NCBI GenBank assembly: GCA_904419295.1
Contig: CAJFRA010000004.1
Location: 4,710 to 68,709 of the forward strand
Reading direction: 5' to 3'
DNA: 64,000 bases
DNA from: Candidatus Pseudobutyricicoccus lothianensis
GTDB lineage: Bacteria; Bacillota; Clostridia; Oscillospirales; Butyricicoccaceae
Within the stretch, counting starts at the first letter, position 1. Each line of letters opens with the position of its first letter. The notes below the pieces were generated by a model. It searched no databases and had not been told where the DNA came from. It was given only the letters and a program-made list of their open reading frames with translations. Below are positions 54,465 through 64,000 of this stretch, in pieces. Made by a program: the position numbers and the translations under genes.

Positions 54465-55310
54465 TCAGCCGTTGTCTTCTTCATCCGGTTGCCAAATATC
54501 CTGCGCCAGCAGATCTTGCAGTTCTTCCAGCGGGATCTCCACCAGATATGAGCCTGGACTATCTGTGCGCACGCCTGTTTCTGCCAAGCATAGATACAGC
54601 GTATTTTCCCCTAAAGCAAAGTCATTTTCTTGTTGTTCCAAGGTTACTTGCGGCAGCCAACTGCGCTCTACCTGGTTTGTCTCGCACCAGCTTTCCACCA
54701 GCTCGTTCAAAGTCTGTTCCACTTCGCTCTGTTCCCCTTGAAACAGCTCCTCCAGTTTGACGGGCCAGCCAGTGCCTACATCAAACGTATCGCCAATGTA
54801 AATGACTTTTTCCTGTTGATTGATATCTTGGTAGCGGTATGTGCGCAACAAGCTGACCCTCTGGTCTGTCAGCTCCAGTGGCTCATATGTATATTCCACA
54901 TGGTAGATGGCAGTGGCCTGCTGCGCTGTCTGCCAAGACTCGCCATAGGAGGCTTGGACCTGGCTAAAATAGCTGTCGCAATCTTCTTTCAGCGTGGCCA
55001 ATTCACTTTCGTAATACTGGTTGATTTTTTTGATGGTTGGTGCTTTGGACCCACTTTCCGCCAGCTGCGGCAATTCTGCCCGATATGTGGCGGCTACAGC
55101 GCCCGAAGGCAGCGTCAACTGTTTCTCATACACCAGGTCTTCCTGCTCCAATGTTACAGGCTGGCTCTCTTGCGGCTGCTGGTTGACTTGGTTGCTGGTG
55201 TCTGGCAATTCGTCCTGCTGGCGAAACCGGGCCACACTGCACCCGCCGGCGCAAGAAACCACCAACAGACCTGCTAAGGCAAGGGCGGCGCGGGTCATTT
55301 TCTTTGGCAT
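54465..55310 (-). CDS. Lipoprotein (DUF4163/DUF3298-like, tentative)
   Basis: Signal peptide with the lipobox LLVVSC. The mature part is acidic, with a KKINQYYESELATLKEDCDSYF segment. Confidence 0.65.
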   Translation of the reverse strand: MPKKMTRAALALAGLLVVSCAGGCSVARFRQQDELPDTSNQVNQQPQESQPVTLEQEDLVYEKQLTLPSGAVAATYRAELPQLAESGSKAPTIKKINQYYESELATLKEDCDSYFSQVQASYGESWQTAQQATAIYHVEYTYEPLELTDQRVSLLRTYRYQDINQQEKVIYIGDTFDVGTGWPVKLEELFQGEQSEVEQTLNELVESWCETNQVERSWLPQVTLEQQENDFALGENTLYLCLAETGVRTDSPGSYLVEIPLEELQDLLAQDIWQPDEEDNG

Positions 55311-55450
55311 ATCCTTTGTCCTCCCGAACCGATGGCACAGGCTTCCCTGCCCGGCCGATCAATGCTTTTTAGGACCATATTATATCTTTTTTTCAAATTA
55401 GCGTCAACTATCCCAGGGTTTTTCTCTGTTTTTGCCGTTTTCCTCTGGGA

Positions 55451-55492
55451 ATAAAAAGCCGGAAGTCCATCTATCTGACTTCCGGCTTTTGT
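55451..55492 (-). terminator. Rho-independent terminator after the amidotransferase gene
   Basis: 13-bp stem AAAGCCGGAAGTC / GACTTCCGGCTTT with T-tracts on both strands. Confidence 0.75.
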
Positions 55493-55493
55493 C

Positions 55494-56219
55494 TTATTTT
55501 CCACAATGTTGGCGAACATTCTCCAAGAAGTAGGTAAACAAAGGCGCCATATCGGGCGTCCGTTCATCCCGCATCAGGTTGGTCAAGCGTTCCGGGTGCC
55601 ACTGTACGCCAAAGATGGGCAAACTCTCGTGTTCGTAGGCTTCGATCACATCATCCGGTGCAGACTTGGCCGCCAGCTTCAAGCCAGGAGCCAACTTGCG
55701 CACTGCCTGGTGATGAGTGCTGTTGACCATAAACTCATGGCCCAGCAGCCGCTCTACAAAAGATCCCGGCTCAGCCACCACTTTGTGCCGCAGCTCGTAG
55801 CTGCTGTGGAACAATCCCTTCTGATGGGCCAGGTCCTGATAGATATCTCCGCCCAAATAGATGTTGATCAGCTGCTCGCCGCGGCAAATTCCCATCACTG
55901 CCTTGCCTTGGGCCAGCACTTCTTTCAAAATGGCATATTCATATTTGGTGCGGGGCGGATCGGTATGGACCGTGTCGTTGTATACGCTTTCGCCAAACAG
56001 CTCCGATTCCACGTCAGGGCCGCCAGCCAGCAAAAGGCCATCGCACATCTGCGCCAGTTCCTCTGGGCATTGCTCTCCGCCCAGCACGGGGATAGCGCCG
56101 GCCATGGCCACTGCCCGGGCATAAGCCGCAGGGCTGCGCAGTTCCCGCGCGCCGCTTGCCAATACGCCGGAATCCGAGGGGATCAAGATCACCAGTTTGT
56201 CATTCCACATTTCTATCAC
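55494..56219 (-). CDS. Gamma-glutamyl-GABA hydrolase-like class I glutamine amidotransferase (peptidase C26)
   Basis: GICRGEQLINIYLGG (nucleophile Cys), STHHQAV and GVQWHPE motifs. Confidence 0.85.
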   Translation of the reverse strand: MIEMWNDKLVILIPSDSGVLASGARELRSPAAYARAVAMAGAIPVLGGEQCPEELAQMCDGLLLAGGPDVESELFGESVYNDTVHTDPPRTKYEYAILKEVLAQGKAVMGICRGEQLINIYLGGDIYQDLAHQKGLFHSSYELRHKVVAEPGSFVERLLGHEFMVNSTHHQAVRKLAPGLKLAAKSAPDDVIEAYEHESLPIFGVQWHPERLTNLMRDERTPDMAPLFTYFLENVRQHCGK

Positions 56220-56304
56220 CTGTCAATCTGTCTGTGAATTTGTGAGGGCTTCCTCAAGCTATGTTATCATACCAGAACCACAGCCCTTTGACAAGCACCC
56301 CAGT

Positions 56305-56334
56305 CCATTGTGTAAAATTTACTTTACACAATGG
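56305..56334. promoter_or_regulatory. Perfect 12-bp inverted repeat (candidate operator) in the divergent promoter region upstream of the Na/Pi transporter gene
   Basis: CCATTGTGTAAA-atttac-TTTACACAATGG. A TTGACA hexamer lies at 56288..56293, just upstream. Confidence 0.5.
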
Positions 56335-56439
56335 GTTTACTGTTGACGTTCTACCCCTCTGGTTGCTATCATGAAAGCAGCGGAATTTACAAAAGATTTA
56401 CACAAAAAATCCATTGAGAATGGAAGAGGAGAAGAAGGT

Positions 56440-58221
56440 ATGAATATTCTTTCGCTACTCAAACTGCTGGGCGGCTTGGGGCTGTTTCTCTACGGCATGC
56501 TGACTATGGGCAACGCCTTGGAAAAAATGGCTGGCGAAAAGCTGGAAAAAACCTTGGAGACCGTGACCGGCAATATCTTCAAGGCAGTCGGTGTCGGCGC
56601 CTTGGTGACAGGCATCATACAAAGCTCATCGGCCACCACTGTCATGGTGGTGGGTTTCGTCAACGCAGGCATCATGAATTTGAAGCAGGCCGTGGGCGTC
56701 ATTATGGGTGCTAACATCGGCACCACTGTAACAGCCCAGCTGCTGCGCTTGGATAGTTCCGGTGCAGTGGAAGGCAGTTTGCTCATGCAGATCCTGAAAC
56801 CCTCTATGTTGGCGTATGTGGCGGTCGCCATTGGTGCCGGCTTGTTTATGTTTGCCAAAAAGCGGAAGCTGCACGACTTTGGCGAGATCCTGTTGGGTTT
56901 TGGTGTGCTGTTTATCGGTATGTCTGTCATGGAAGGCAGCGTTACCGCCTTGCGGGATATGCCTTGGTTCCAACAGATGTTCACCTTGTTTACCAACCCG
57001 GTCTTGGGCATTTTGGTTGGTTTAGGTGTCACCGCTATTATTCAGAGCTCGTCTGCTTCCATCGGTATTTTGCAGGCGGTGGCAGCCACAGGCGCTATCA
57101 CATATGGCGCTGCCATTCCCATTATCCTGGGGCAGAACATTGGCACTTGTGTCACAGCTTTGCTCTCGGCCGTTGGGGCGAATAAAAATGCGAAGCGTGC
57201 CGCTATGATCCATTTTTATTTCAACTTGATCGGCTCTGTTGTGTTCATTGTGATCGTATACGCCGCCAATGCGTTCCTCCACTTTTCTTTCTGGGACGAC
57301 CCCATTGGCAAAGCGGGCATCGCCAATTTCCACACGGCTTTCAATGTGGCATGTACGTTGTTGTTCATCCCATTCCACAACGTGTTGATCACATTGGCCG
57401 AAAAGACCATCAAAACCAAGCCCGCAGAAGAGAGCCAGGTCGTGGAGGACCTGAGCCGCTTGGATCAACGTTTTTACAGCTCCCCCGCTGTTGCGTTGGA
57501 TCAATGCAATAAGATCATCCTTTCCATGGGCAAGTGCGGCATGCAAAACTTGAATATGGTCGATGCTGCCCTTGTAGACGGCAAGCCGCCCCACAGCGAG
57601 ACATTCAGGGAAAATGAAAGCTTTCTAGACCGGGCAGAAGCTCGCCTCAATTCATATATGTTGGGCATCAAAGAGGAAGATCTGTCGGAAAGCAGCCGAA
57701 AGACCTATGCGGAGATGCTCCATTCCATCGGTGATTTTGAGAGGGTGGGCGACTATGCCGAAAACCTGCTGGAAATTTACGAGGACATGCAGGAACGTGG
57801 CACCACGTTTTCTCAAGAGGCCACCTCGGAATTGCGGGTCATGAGCCTGGCAACAGAGGAGATCGTAAGTCTGACAGTCACCGCCTATGAGACTTCAGAC
57901 GCCGCTGTCGCCCGTCAGATCGAACCGCTGGAAGACGTGATCGATTCCATTAAGGAAGCTTTGAAGAGCCGGCACATTTCCCGTTTGCAAAATGGCATTT
58001 GTACAGTCAACACCGGCATTCCCTTCTTGGATATCATCCACAACTATGAAAAGATCGCCGATCACTGCTCCAATGTCGCCGTCTATGTGATGATGCGTGC
58101 CGACGATGCCCAGCAGTTTGATATTCATGAATATCGCAAGATCCTCAAAGATATCCGCACAGATGAATTTCAAGCTTTCAGCAGCCTATACGAAAACAAA
58201 TACTTGAATAAAGTGATCTGA
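56440..58221 (+). CDS. Na/Pi cotransporter family protein with a C-terminal PhoU-like domain
   Basis: LGGLGLFLYGM..M...L and the duplicated IQSSSA motifs of NptA-type transporters. The C-terminal PhoU repeats include DYEKIADHCSNVA. Start at ATG 56440. Confidence 0.9.
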   Translation: MNILSLLKLLGGLGLFLYGMLTMGNALEKMAGEKLEKTLETVTGNIFKAVGVGALVTGIIQSSSATTVMVVGFVNAGIMNLKQAVGVIMGANIGTTVTAQLLRLDSSGAVEGSLLMQILKPSMLAYVAVAIGAGLFMFAKKRKLHDFGEILLGFGVLFIGMSVMEGSVTALRDMPWFQQMFTLFTNPVLGILVGLGVTAIIQSSSASIGILQAVAATGAITYGAAIPIILGQNIGTCVTALLSAVGANKNAKRAAMIHFYFNLIGSVVFIVIVYAANAFLHFSFWDDPIGKAGIANFHTAFNVACTLLFIPFHNVLITLAEKTIKTKPAEESQVVEDLSRLDQRFYSSPAVALDQCNKIILSMGKCGMQNLNMVDAALVDGKPPHSETFRENESFLDRAEARLNSYMLGIKEEDLSESSRKTYAEMLHSIGDFERVGDYAENLLEIYEDMQERGTTFSQEATSELRVMSLATEEIVSLTVTAYETSDAAVARQIEPLEDVIDSIKEALKSRHISRLQNGICTVNTGIPFLDIIHNYEKIADHCSNVAVYVMMRADDAQQFDIHEYRKILKDIRTDEFQAFSSLYENKYLNKVI

Positions 58222-58230
58222 CGGCAGATC

Positions 58231-58265
58231 AAAAGAGGCAGGGAAACCTTGCCTCTTTTGTTTTA
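58231..58265 (+). terminator. Rho-independent terminator
   Basis: AAAAGAGGCA, loop, TGCCTCTTTT, followed by GTTTT. Confidence 0.8.
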
Positions 58266-58515
58266 TCCGATACCATTCCTTCACATGCTATGCCTTTCCC
58301 ATTTGTTTCTCCCACCCTTCTCGTCTCCAGCGCACCATCGCAGCTATTTTCCGCCGCCCCCTATTTTGTGGATATTTTTCGTAGAATCCCCTTTCCTTTT
58401 TGTTCATTTTATACAAGCACAAAAACAGGATTTTACAAAGTTCCTCTGGAAAAGCGCTGTAATTTCCGGTATGATAAAAGATAATAAGACATATGCATGA
58501 AAGGGGAGGCTTTGT

Positions 58516-59445
58516 TTGCTGTATGCTATCATCGACGTAGGCTCCAACTCTATCCGCATGACCATCTTTCGCTGGGAAGATGGCAAAGTGGATATGTTGC
58601 TGAACAAAAAAAGCATGGCCGGCCTAGCCGGTTATGTGGAAAAAGGGAAATTGAATGAAGCGGGCATCAAAAAATGCAGTGAGGAGATCGCCAGCTTTGT
58701 CAAACTGGCGAAAAATGTAGAGGTGGACGGTATCTCTATCATTGCCACGGCATCGCTGCGCAACATCTCCAATCTAGAAGAGGTGCAGGCCGCTCTGGAA
58801 AGCCGCTGTGGGTTGCGCGCCCAGGTACTCACCGGTCAAGAGGAAGCCCGCCTGGATTTTGTGGGCGCCTCTCGTTACCTATCTGTGGATAGCGGCGTAC
58901 TCATTGACATCGGCGGCGGCAGCACGGAACTGGTCCTGTTTGAAAAGGGTTCCATCCGGCACCTGACCAGCCTGCCCATCGGTTCCTTGAACCTATATGC
59001 TCAATATGCCTCTGCTCTCTTTCCTACGGAAAAGGATCGCAAGCGTATGAAAGCCCGCATTCAGAAAGAATTGAAGGCCATCGATTGGCTGCCTCCAACA
59101 GAGCCTGTAGCCTTGTGCGGCATCGGCGGTACGGCCCGCGGCTTCTTTAAGATCTGCCGTGAACTCTATGGTGTGCCCAAATGCCAGAACGAATTGGATG
59201 CCAGCTACATCGGCCAAGTGAATAAAAAATTGAAAAGTCAAGATATCCATGAAATGCAAAGCATTTTTCGCGCCGTGCCCGACCGCGTGTTCACCATTTT
59301 GCCCGGTATGATGATCCTGCATCAAGCTGCAAAGAAATTTGGCGCCCAGCGTTTTTTGGTCAGCAAACCGGGCCTGCGCGAAGGCTATCTCTTTGACCGG
59401 GTGCTGCCCCAAGTGCAAGTCTCGGCCTCAAATGTAACAGATTGA
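58516..59445 (+). CDS. Ppx/GppA family phosphatase (exopolyphosphatase-like)
   Basis: YAIIDVGSNSIRMTIF...DIGGGSTEL are ASKHA-fold motifs of Ppx/GppA. TTG start after AGGGGAGG. Confidence 0.85.
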   Translation: MLYAIIDVGSNSIRMTIFRWEDGKVDMLLNKKSMAGLAGYVEKGKLNEAGIKKCSEEIASFVKLAKNVEVDGISIIATASLRNISNLEEVQAALESRCGLRAQVLTGQEEARLDFVGASRYLSVDSGVLIDIGGGSTELVLFEKGSIRHLTSLPIGSLNLYAQYASALFPTEKDRKRMKARIQKELKAIDWLPPTEPVALCGIGGTARGFFKICRELYGVPKCQNELDASYIGQVNKKLKSQDIHEMQSIFRAVPDRVFTILPGMMILHQAAKKFGAQRFLVSKPGLREGYLFDRVLPQVQVSASNVTD

Positions 59446-59484
59446 TTTCGCGAAACAAGAAATGAAGGATTGTGGGAATAAGTT

Positions 59485-61626
59485 ATGTGTGCCAAAAGCA
59501 ACTGTGAATATATGCAAAACCGTGAGCTCTCCTGGCTCCGCTTCAACCAGCGGGTACTGGAAGAAGCGGATTGTACCACGCTTCCCCTGCTGGACCGATT
59601 GAACTTCATCAACATTTTCACCACCAACCTGGATGAATTTTTTATGGTGCGTGTAGGCAGTTTGACAGACTATATGGCCTATGCCCCTTCATACCACGAC
59701 AACAAAACTGGTATGACGGCCCAGGAGCAATTGGAAGAGATCTTCAAAGCCGTGGGCCCGCTGTATCAGGCCCGCGACCAAGCCTATGCCACCGTGATGG
59801 GCCGGTTGCGCAAAGAAGGGGTCCAGCATGTGGAGGTCGGAGAACTGAACCGCGAAGAGCACCGGTTTGTCGAACGGCTGCTCAAAACCTCTATTTTGCC
59901 CGTTCTCTCCCCCCAGATCATCGACCCCCGCCATCCATTCCCCCACCTGAACAACAAGCAGCTTTACATTGCTGTAGATCTGGAGCAGGGCGGCAATCCC
60001 TTGTTGGGCCTCATTCCCCTGCCTCCGTTGGTAGAGCGGCTGATCTTCCTCCCCGGCGGCGAAGGCCACTTCCTGCTGGCAGAGGATATTCTGCGCCACT
60101 ACGCCGAACAGGTCTTTGAGATCTATAAAGTAACAGGGACAGCGGTCATCTGCGTCACCCGCAATGCAGACTTAAATACGGACGCCGGTTTTTTTGATGA
60201 AGATCTGGATTACCGCCAGTATATGAGCAAAATGTTGAAAAAGCGGCGGCGCCTGCTACCTGTGCGTCTGGAGATACAAGGCAGTTTGAGTGACAGTTCT
60301 CTGGATTTTCTGTGCAGCAAATTAAAGTTGGATCCGAGCCAGGTTTTCTACAGCCAAGCCCCACTAGACCTGAGCTTTTACAGCCGGCTGGATACGCCGC
60401 TGCCCGACGTGCAGCGGCAAGCACTCTCCATGCCGCCCTGCGCCCCCAAAAACAGCCCTTGTTTTGGAGGCTCCGAAACAATGACTGTCCAACTGGAGCG
60501 GCAAAAGCATATTTTGCTCAGTTATCCCTACGAAAGCATGCAGCCCTTTTTGCAGCTCATACGTGAAAGCGCTTCTGATCCGGCTGTGATCTCCATCAAG
60601 ATCACCCTGTATCGCATTGCCCGGCAGAGCAAGCTGGCAGAATACTTGATCACAGCGGCGGAAAACGGCAAAGAGGTAACGGTCCTCATGGAACTGCGCG
60701 CCCGCTTTGACGAGCAGAACAACATAGAATGGGCGCAGCAGCTGGAAGAGGCGGGCTGCCGGGTGATCTACGGCATGGATGGCTTTAAAGTCCACTCTAA
60801 AATTTGCCTGATCACCCGCCAAGAAAATGGGCAAGTGCGCCATCTGACCCAAATCGGTACTGGCAATTACAATGAAAAGACAGCCCGCCTGTATACCGAT
60901 TTTTCCTATTTGACCACAGACCCACAGCTGGGGGCCGATGCCGCCATGTTCTTTACGAATTTAGGCGTGGGCAATTTGGAAGGGGTTTATCAAAAGCTTT
61001 GGGTGGCGCCTGCCGGCTTTAAGTCCAACATTTTGGCCGGCATCGATTCCCAGATCCAACTGGCCCGCCAGGGCCTTGGCGGCTCTATCTTCATCAAGTG
61101 CAATAGTGTGACAGACAAAGACATCATTCAGCGGCTGGAAGAGGCCAGCCGGGCCGGCGTGCAGATCCGCATGATCGTGCGGGGCATATGCTGCCTGCTG
61201 CCCGGTGTGGAAGGCCATACGGAAAATATCCAGATCATCAGCGTAGTGGGCCGGTTTTTGGAACACTCTCGTGTGTACTGCTTTGGCCGCGGTGAGCAGG
61301 CCAGTCTTTACATCGCCTCTGCGGATCTGATGACCCGCAACACAGAACGCCGGGTAGAGATTGCCTGCCCCATCGAGCCGCCTCATCTGCGTCAACAGAT
61401 CCTTGCCATGATGGATTCCATGTGGCAAGACAACGTAAAGGCCCGCGTACTGCAGCCTGACGGCACCTATGCACGGCGGGAGGCGCCGGCTGGTGCGGCT
61501 CTGCGCTGCTGCCAAGATGAATTTTTGGAGCATCTGCCCTATGTGGCCGCTCCACCTGCTGTTGAACCTGCACCCCAGAAGCCCCGTCTTTTTTCTTCCT
61601 TGCGCAGTCGTTTTCACCGCAAATAA
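59485..61626 (+). CDS. ppk1: Polyphosphate kinase 1
   Basis: NRELSWLRFNQRVLEEA N-terminus and two PLD-like HKD regions (FKVHSKICL..., RFLEHSRVY...). 713 aa. Confidence 0.95.
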   Translation: MCAKSNCEYMQNRELSWLRFNQRVLEEADCTTLPLLDRLNFINIFTTNLDEFFMVRVGSLTDYMAYAPSYHDNKTGMTAQEQLEEIFKAVGPLYQARDQAYATVMGRLRKEGVQHVEVGELNREEHRFVERLLKTSILPVLSPQIIDPRHPFPHLNNKQLYIAVDLEQGGNPLLGLIPLPPLVERLIFLPGGEGHFLLAEDILRHYAEQVFEIYKVTGTAVICVTRNADLNTDAGFFDEDLDYRQYMSKMLKKRRRLLPVRLEIQGSLSDSSLDFLCSKLKLDPSQVFYSQAPLDLSFYSRLDTPLPDVQRQALSMPPCAPKNSPCFGGSETMTVQLERQKHILLSYPYESMQPFLQLIRESASDPAVISIKITLYRIARQSKLAEYLITAAENGKEVTVLMELRARFDEQNNIEWAQQLEEAGCRVIYGMDGFKVHSKICLITRQENGQVRHLTQIGTGNYNEKTARLYTDFSYLTTDPQLGADAAMFFTNLGVGNLEGVYQKLWVAPAGFKSNILAGIDSQIQLARQGLGGSIFIKCNSVTDKDIIQRLEEASRAGVQIRMIVRGICCLLPGVEGHTENIQIISVVGRFLEHSRVYCFGRGEQASLYIASADLMTRNTERRVEIACPIEPPHLRQQILAMMDSMWQDNVKARVLQPDGTYARREAPAGAALRCCQDEFLEHLPYVAAPPAVEPAPQKPRLFSSLRSRFHRK

Positions 61627-61639
61627 AATTGCTTATTTT

Positions 61640-61683
61640 GCAGCAGATGGTCTTATCCGAAAGGCTATCTGCTGCTTTGTTGT
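61640..61683 (+). terminator. Rho-independent terminator after ppk1
   Basis: GCAGCAGAT, loop, ATCTGCTGC, followed by TTTGTTGT. Confidence 0.7.
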
Positions 61684-61891
61684 GGCAGAGCTGGAAGATC
61701 TGTGAATGACTTGTAAACTTTGTGCTTATTGCCTACGATTTTCGCAAACTTTGTCGAATGTTCGTCGTCCTTTTCCTTTACAAATCAAAGCAAAGGCTTT
61801 AAGATAGTGTAGAAGTGGATTTATGGGTTTCCAGCTTCCATTTCTTCACAATTCATTGCAGTCATTTAGGCAAATTTATGAGGTGAGACGT

Positions 61892-64000
61892 TTGAAGATC
61901 GGCATAGACATCGGCTCCACCACCATCAAATGCGTGGTTTTGGATGACAGCGGTGCCCTGGTATCCCAGAGTTACGAGCGTCATTTTTCCCAAATCACCG
62001 AAAAGGCGGCGGAGATGCTGCGGCGCATCCGGCAGCAATACCCTCAGCAGTCGGCAGTGCCCCTCTCCATCACCGGTTCGGCCGGCATGGGGATGGCCAC
62101 CAGCTGCGGCATTCCTTTTATTCAGGAAGTCTACGCCACCCGCTTGGCAGCCAATACTTATCTGCCCGGCACGGATGTGATCATCGAGCTGGGGGGCGAA
62201 GATGCCAAGATCTTGTTTTTGACTGGCGGTACAGAAGTGCGTATGAATGGCACTTGTGCCGGCGGCACCGGTGCATTCATCGATCAAATGGCCACTTTGA
62301 TGAAGTTGACCCCGGATGAGATGAACCAACTGGCCACCCAGGCCACACAGACTTATACCATCGCTTCCCGCTGCGGTGTATTCGCCAAGTCTGACATCCA
62401 GCCCTTGCTGAACCAAGGCGCTCAGAAAACAGATGTGAGCCGCAGCATTTTCTTTGCGGTGGTCAACCAGACCATTGCAGGGCTGGCACAAGGCCGCCCG
62501 ATTCAAGGGCATGTGGTCTATTTGGGCGGGCCTCTCACGTTTTTGAGCGAGCTGCGGCGCTGCTTCGATGAGACGCTGCATACGACCGGCCTGTGCCCGG
62601 AAAATTCGCTTTATTATGCGGCGTTGGGCGCAGCCCTTTCTTCCCAGGACCAGGTGGAACTGGATCAGGCCATTGACCGTTTGGAGCATTATCACAACAA
62701 AGAGCAGTACGCCTCCATCCCTCCTCTGTTCCGCGACACGGCCGAATACGAGGAATTCATTGCCCGGCACCAGCGGGACCAGGTGGAATATGCCGACCCC
62801 GCCACATACCAGGGCAAAGCTTATCTGGGCATCGATTCCGGCTCTACCACCGTAAAGGCGGCTGTGGTCACCCAAGATGGCCGCATCCTTTGTTCCCTTT
62901 ACCGGCCCAACAACGGCAACCCCGTGGAGATCGCCCGGCAGTTCTTGCTGGATTTTTACCGGGATTATCCCCAGATCCAAATTGCTTCCAGCGCGGCCAC
63001 CGGCTATGGTGAAGAGCTGATCCAAAATGCCTTTCTGGCCGATTACGGTGTGGTGGAGACTGTCGCCCATTTTACGGCTGCCAAGCGGTTCATGCCTGAT
63101 GTGGATTTTATCATCGACATCGGCGGCCAGGACATCAAGTGCTTTAAGATCCGCAATGGCGTCATCGATAATATTTTCCTCAATGAGGCCTGTTCCTCAG
63201 GCTGCGGCTCTTTTTTGCAAACCTTCGCCAATGCTTTGGGGTATTCGGTGGAGGAATTTGCTCAAAAAGGCCTGCTGGCTGATGCGCCAGTGGATCTAGG
63301 CTCCCGCTGCACGGTTTTTATGAATTCACAAGTCAAGCAGGCGCAAAAAGACGGCGCATCCATCGAGAATATTTCGGCGGGCCTTTCCATCAGCGTAGTC
63401 AAAAATGCCCTGTACAAAGTCATACGAGCCACCAGCGCCAGCGAACTGGGGCAGCACATCGTGGTACAGGGTGGCACCTTCCTCAACGATGCGGTTCTGC
63501 GGGCTTTTGAGCAGGAATTGCAGTGCCAGGTGGTCCGCCCCAGTGTGGCCGGGTTGATGGGCGCCTATGGCGCGGCCCTTTATTCCATGAAAAACCAGAG
63601 TGGTCACAGCACTCTATTGGGGCCCCAAGCTCTGGCAGAGATGGTGCATGAAGTCAAAACAGCCCAGTGCGGCCTATGCAACAACCACTGTAAACTGACG
63701 ATCAACAGTTTTGGCGGCGACCGCCGGTTTATCAGCGGAAACCGCTGTGAACGCCCTGTCACACGCCGTGCTCCCGGCGAAGCACCGGACATTTATGAAT
63801 ACAAGCTCAAATTGCTGCGCGGTTTTGAGCAAGCTTCCCGGCCAGGGCCTTATGGCAAGATCGGCTTGCCCATGGGGCTGAATTTCTATGAGCTGTTGCC
63901 TTTCTGGCATACATTTTTCACCCAGCTGGGGTTTGAAGTGGTCCTTTCTCCCCTCTCAGATCGTTCTCTGTATTTGCTGGGTCAGGGCAGCATCCCCTCG
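61892..64000 (+). CDS. Acyl-CoA dehydratase activase-related protein (tandem BadF/BadG/BcrA/BcrD ATPase domains), 3' end beyond the window
   Basis: It is absent from the ORF track because the frame never closes. My translation from TTG 61892 (GAGGTGAG SD upstream) gives LKIGIDIGSTTIKCVVLDDSG... A second ATPase domain starts near 62820 (YLGIDSGSTTVKAAVV), and a QCGLCNNHC segment lies near 63660. Confidence 0.85.
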   Translation, partial: MKIGIDIGSTTIKCVVLDDSGALVSQSYERHFSQITEKAAEMLRRIRQQYPQQSAVPLSITGSAGMGMATSCGIPFIQEVYATRLAANTYLPGTDVIIELGGEDAKILFLTGGTEVRMNGTCAGGTGAFIDQMATLMKLTPDEMNQLATQATQTYTIASRCGVFAKSDIQPLLNQGAQKTDVSRSIFFAVVNQTIAGLAQGRPIQGHVVYLGGPLTFLSELRRCFDETLHTTGLCPENSLYYAALGAALSSQDQVELDQAIDRLEHYHNKEQYASIPPLFRDTAEYEEFIARHQRDQVEYADPATYQGKAYLGIDSGSTTVKAAVVTQDGRILCSLYRPNNGNPVEIARQFLLDFYRDYPQIQIASSAATGYGEELIQNAFLADYGVVETVAHFTAAKRFMPDVDFIIDIGGQDIKCFKIRNGVIDNIFLNEACSSGCGSFLQTFANALGYSVEEFAQKGLLADAPVDLGSRCTVFMNSQVKQAQKDGASIENISAGLSISVVKNALYKVIRATSASELGQHIVVQGGTFLNDAVLRAFEQELQCQVVRPSVAGLMGAYGAALYSMKNQSGHSTLLGPQALAEMVHEVKTAQCGLCNNHCKLTINSFGGDRRFISGNRCERPVTRRAPGEAPDIYEYKLKLLRGFEQASRPGPYGKIGLPMGLNFYELLPFWHTFFTQLGFEVVLSPLSDRSLYLLGQGSIPS

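Noticed and set aside
61862-63070. 402-aa minus-strand ORF.
   Set aside because: It is antisense to the open plus-strand frame that encodes recognisable BadF/BcrA-type ATPase motifs. It has no SD and its sequence is low in information.

Overview
The window looks like a chromosomal segment from a spore-forming, moderately GC-rich Firmicute of the class Clostridia; that taxon call rests on gene content only. It is densely coded, mostly with housekeeping genes. These include tgt-yajC, radA, clpB preceded by a perfect CIRCE operator, mutY, rmuC, an xerD-like gene, ppx-ppk1 with a Na/Pi transporter, M20 peptidases, an OmpR/histidine-kinase pair, an ECF sigma factor with a membrane partner, and a larA-like operon. 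Sporulation and cell-envelope genes are also present: spoIIM-like, cwlD-like, a BclA-style collagen-repeat protein, and an SLH-anchored phosphodiester glycosidase. I found no rRNA, tRNA or CRISPR array. The most interesting observation is a candidate skin-like intervening element. A cysteine-rich CDS on the minus strand appears split into a 32-codon 5' piece (28049..27954) and a 264-codon 3' piece (21113..20319). About 6.86 kb lies between them, and its terminal gene is a large serine recombinase whose stop codon directly abuts the 3' piece. Both breakpoints carry the hexamer CTTGCA with TGC as an in-frame Cys codon, so excision would fuse the pieces in frame. The recombinase also has a sigma-E-like promoter match upstream. 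This rests on sequence reading and analogy and needs homology and junction-read tests. Other items worth a second look are a frameshifted GNAT gene at a CA repeat, a Qnr-length pentapeptide-repeat protein, several perfect palindromes and direct repeats in promoter regions, an unlisted DUF1540-like small ORF, and an efflux adaptor/permease pair with no ATPase gene. Start codons were re-picked by eye from Shine-Dalgarno (SD) spacing wherever the ORF track started too far upstream.
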